Positions 56,789 to 59,176 of a stretch of 59,176 bases of DNA are shown here, piece after piece (the first letter of the stretch is position 1; every line of letters begins with the position of its first letter). The position numbers and the translations under genes are program-made. Origin of the DNA: a virus. Its lineage: Duplodnaviria; Caudoviricetes. Location of the stretch: the IMG/VR virus record IMGVR_UViG_3300007513_002695, positions 1-59,176 of that record; one strand, given 5' to 3'. The notes below the pieces were generated by a model. The model worked only from the letters and a program-made list of their open reading frames with translations, was not told the origin of the DNA and did not search any database.

Positions 56789-57952
56789 CTATGAGTTAAT
56801 TTGGATATCTAAAGATCGTATTTCTTCAAAAGATTCTGGGTTAATATCTGGATCTTCATTAAAAATCTTAACCATTGTAACTTCAAGAAGATCTTCTATA
56901 TATTTTTTATACTCTGGGTTTGACATAATTTGATTAAACTTCGGCTTATGAAACTTTTTCTCAATTAAAACTTCACCTGTCTTTGTATCTGTAACTGAAA
57001 ATGTTTTCCAAGACCCAGTTCCCGCAACCTCGATCTCTTTTCCGCCAATGACAGCAGGGCCATTTTTTCTTAGCATGTCAAATATCTGCTCATGCTCTTT
57101 GATTCCGACACCGAAGTGGATTTCGAAATCAATCTTCCTAAACGGCGGAGCTACTTTATTCTTAATTGTTTTTGCAGAGACATGAATTCCTATAACATCA
57201 TCCCCATCCTTAATCTGCTGTCCGGCACCGAGCTTAATCCTTGTAGAGGCATGAAATGGAATTGCCTTGCCGCCGGGAGTTGTATCGGGATCACCATACA
57301 TCACTCCAATCTTGGTGCGAATTTGATTAAGAATTACAAACAGCGTATTAGTCTGTCCAATCACACCTGTAATTTTTCTCATGCCCTTTGAAATTGCTCG
57401 AGCCTGAAGGCCTATTGATTCTTTATCATAGTCTCCAAGGAGCTCTGCTTTTGGAGAAGAAGCTGCAACAGAATCCCAGATAATTGTAACCGGTACATCT
57501 TTGTCCATCGCTTTCGCCTTAAGAATGGTGGATTCAGCAATAGAGAGAACCTCTTCTGTACAATGTGTATCAACATAGACAAATCTCTTGCTAATGTCAA
57601 CACCAAGCATACCTAGATTTTCAACCGATGTTGCGTTTTCTGTGTCAATATAGACTACTATACCACCCATAGCCTGGGTTGTTCTTGCAATTTGTGTTGC
57701 TATGTGTGACTTTCCGATTGAAGGTGGCCCGAATATCTCCACTATCCTCCCCTCAGGGAGGCCGCCGCCCCGCCTGTTTGAGCAAATATAGTCTAAAAGC
57801 ATTGACCCTGTGCTAATCCATCTGTTGACGTGTGTTGGTGATTCGTCAACACTCAGATTGTATGCAACCCTTGATCCGTTTTCTTTGTTTAAGGACTTGA
57901 TCAGGTCTACTGTGAAATCATCTGAAGAACTTTTTTTTCTTTCTTTTCTCAA
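56789..57952 (-). CDS. recA: RecA/UvsX recombinase
   Basis: ISTGS..LD, GGLPEGRIVEIFGPPSIGKS, YIDTE, WDSVAA, NQIRTKIGVMYGDP.TTPGGKA, KNKVAPPF. Confidence 0.96.
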   Translation of the reverse strand: MRKERKKSSSDDFTVDLIKSLNKENGSRVAYNLSVDESPTHVNRWISTGSMLLDYICSNRRGGGLPEGRIVEIFGPPSIGKSHIATQIARTTQAMGGIVVYIDTENATSVENLGMLGVDISKRFVYVDTHCTEEVLSIAESTILKAKAMDKDVPVTIIWDSVAASSPKAELLGDYDKESIGLQARAISKGMRKITGVIGQTNTLFVILNQIRTKIGVMYGDPDTTPGGKAIPFHASTRIKLGAGQQIKDGDDVIGIHVSAKTIKNKVAPPFRKIDFEIHFGVGIKEHEQIFDMLRKNGPAVIGGKEIEVAGTGSWKTFSVTDTKTGEVLIEKKFHKPKFNQIMSNPEYKKYIEDLLEVTMVKIFNEDPDINPESFEEIRSLDIQINS

Positions 57953-57971
57953 TGTAACCCTCTGTTATTTT

Positions 57972-58000
57972 AACTTACACTAAAATTATACTCTTGTTCA
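57972..58000 (-). promoter_or_regulatory. possible promoter TGAACA-N17-TAAGTT for recA
   Basis: Recurring -35 variant just downstream of the terminator; weak -10. Confidence 0.4.
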
Positions 58001-58011
58001 ATAGATCTGTG

Positions 58012-58040
58012 AAACAAAATCGGGAGGCAAAGCCTCCCGA
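58012..58040 (-). terminator. rho-independent terminator after the SSB gene
   Basis: TCGGGAGGC-ttt-GCCTCCCGA followed by TTTTGTTT on the minus strand. Confidence 0.85.
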
Positions 58041-58062
58041 CACAATCTAAAAAATCAATTAG

Positions 58063-58845
58063 CTATTCATCTATTAGATCGGCAAATGCATCATCAAGAG
58101 ATTTATACTTTTGTCCTTCTTGCGCAGAAGAGCTTCCCTGAGTCTTGGGTGCACTACTAGAGGGCGCACTATTCGACTCGCCCTGGTCAAAAGATCCGTT
58201 GATCCAATCATTCACGATCTTTGAAAGCTCATCATATGACTTACATTCATACATTGCAGAGACATCAGGGATATTTTCTACCCATTCATTCGTCTTGTCA
58301 GAAGAAGTCGACAAGGGGGTTTGTCTACCTCTGGGGAGGACTTCAGTTGTTGTCCACTTCTTTCCAGGTTGCTTTGAGCAGCTAACCTTAATGTCTCTTC
58401 CTGTAGCAGGATCAGTAATATCACCGTAATCTTCATCAAGCATGATGTTCAGCAAAGACTGGTACACCATCTTTCCAAATCCCCAGATCTGAACACCCTT
58501 GTCTTCTTCTCCTCGGACAATTACAGGTGCATAGGTTCGCATCTTAGGGTAGAGCTTCTTGGCAAGCTCATAAGATTCCTTGGTCCCTTCATCCCTTAGC
58601 GTGTTAATAAGCTCTTGAATAGGATCTGGGTTATTAAATTGGTACGGTGCCAAGAGACCCGGATTGTTTCCAATATTGTAATAAAACCAAAGCTCCTTAA
58701 AAGGTTGCCCGTCGTTATCAGAGAACGATAGTAGGCGGACAGTATAGTCTTCGCCCTCCTTAGGTCTCCAGTTTTTTGTTTGTCTGCGGTTATTTCCGCT
58801 AAGTTGGTTTAGCTTGCGACGAATCGCTTCAAAGTCAACTGCCAT
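58063..58845 (-). CDS. single-stranded DNA-binding protein (T4 gp32-like)
   Basis: W.P....VRLL, DPIQE, G.QIWGFGK.VY, DITDP..GRDI, SYDEL; acidic tail LDDAFADLIDE. Confidence 0.85.
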   Translation of the reverse strand: MAVDFEAIRRKLNQLSGNNRRQTKNWRPKEGEDYTVRLLSFSDNDGQPFKELWFYYNIGNNPGLLAPYQFNNPDPIQELINTLRDEGTKESYELAKKLYPKMRTYAPVIVRGEEDKGVQIWGFGKMVYQSLLNIMLDEDYGDITDPATGRDIKVSCSKQPGKKWTTTEVLPRGRQTPLSTSSDKTNEWVENIPDVSAMYECKSYDELSKIVNDWINGSFDQGESNSAPSSSAPKTQGSSSAQEGQKYKSLDDAFADLIDE

Positions 58846-58921
58846 TTTTAACTCCTTAATATTTAATGGTTATTGATTAAATTGTCAAATGATAATGATT
58901 AATTTCCATGATGACTATAGA

Positions 58922-58950
58922 ATATTAACCTTTAAATTTCTAAATGTTCA
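58922..58950 (-). promoter_or_regulatory. promoter TGAACA-N17-TAATAT for the SSB gene
   Basis: Recurring -35 variant upstream of an AT-rich leader. Confidence 0.5.
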
Positions 58951-58958
58951 AAATTAAT

Positions 58959-59174
58959 TTATATTTTTCCGCCAAAAGATTTTTCAGCTGCATCAATCGC
59001 CCTTTTCCTGGCAGCTGACCCACTAGATGCTTTTCCGTCCGGACCTGTTCCCATAGGTGTCACAACACCTGGAACCCCTCCTGCAGAATATTCATCAATA
59101 AAATCTTCATCCTCCTCTGTAACACTAGATGGTCCTGAATCTAGTTCGTCAAGGGTGGCGTCTAAGTTTTTTTT
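58959..59174 (-). CDS. 3' part of a hypothetical gene cut by the window edge
   Basis: ...EEDEDFIDEYSAGGVPGVVTPMG...EKSFGGKI*; open to the window end. Confidence 0.55.
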   Translation of the reverse strand, partial: KKNLDATLDELDSGPSSVTEEDEDFIDEYSAGGVPGVVTPMGTGPDGKASSGSAARKRAIDAAEKSFGGKI

Positions 59175-59176
59175 TT

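Noticed and set aside
26608-57952. Inteins or introns in DnaE, RNR, helicase or RecA
   Set aside because: Lengths are ordinary, motifs are contiguous, and no C/S...HN-C/S/T junctions or LAGLIDADG motifs were seen
59167-59176. Terminal poly-T run as a regulatory feature
   Set aside because: It lies at the window edge inside an open frame (Lys codons) and may be a contig-end homopolymer

Overview
This 59 kb window looks like part of a large (jumbo/huge) dsDNA bacteriophage genome read in the standard genetic code. About 75 tightly packed genes lie on the minus strand; only one gene (35840..36499) is on the plus strand. It carries a replication/recombination set (gp32-like SSB, RecA, 5'-3' exonuclease, DnaB-like helicase, class II RNR, DnaE). 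It also carries a nucleotide-metabolism and possible base-modification set: dCMP deaminase, Tdk, IMPDH/GMPR, a dNMP kinase fused to a dCMP-hydroxymethylase-like domain, a ThyX variant, an NDT-like enzyme and two dimeric dUTPase/dCTPase-like domains. Other groups are repair glycosylases (Fpg and an MBD4-like enzyme), proteostasis genes (GroEL, J-domain, ClpP), tail/structural genes, an amidase endolysin and a holin/spanin-like cluster. Five observations stand out. (1) A sigma70 factor stops before region 4.2, and the missing HTH appears to be encoded by the next gene. (2) Two promoter classes recur: TG(T/A)A(A/C)A-N16/17-TATAAT-like before replication/repair genes, and ATAnTTA (often 5 nt before a leaderless ATG) before another gene set. 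(3) A short amphipathic '(I/L)xE..LRxxIREx(I/L)' tag is shared by about 15 otherwise unrelated proteins, many behind the ATAnTTA motif, which suggests a virion-packaging/protease-processing signal for enzyme cargo. (4) A 1427-aa four-enzyme polyprotein is punctuated by that tag. (5) Several features point to a modified-cytosine pathway. All functional calls come from motif recognition by eye; no database searches were run. No tRNA, rRNA or CRISPR array was recognised.
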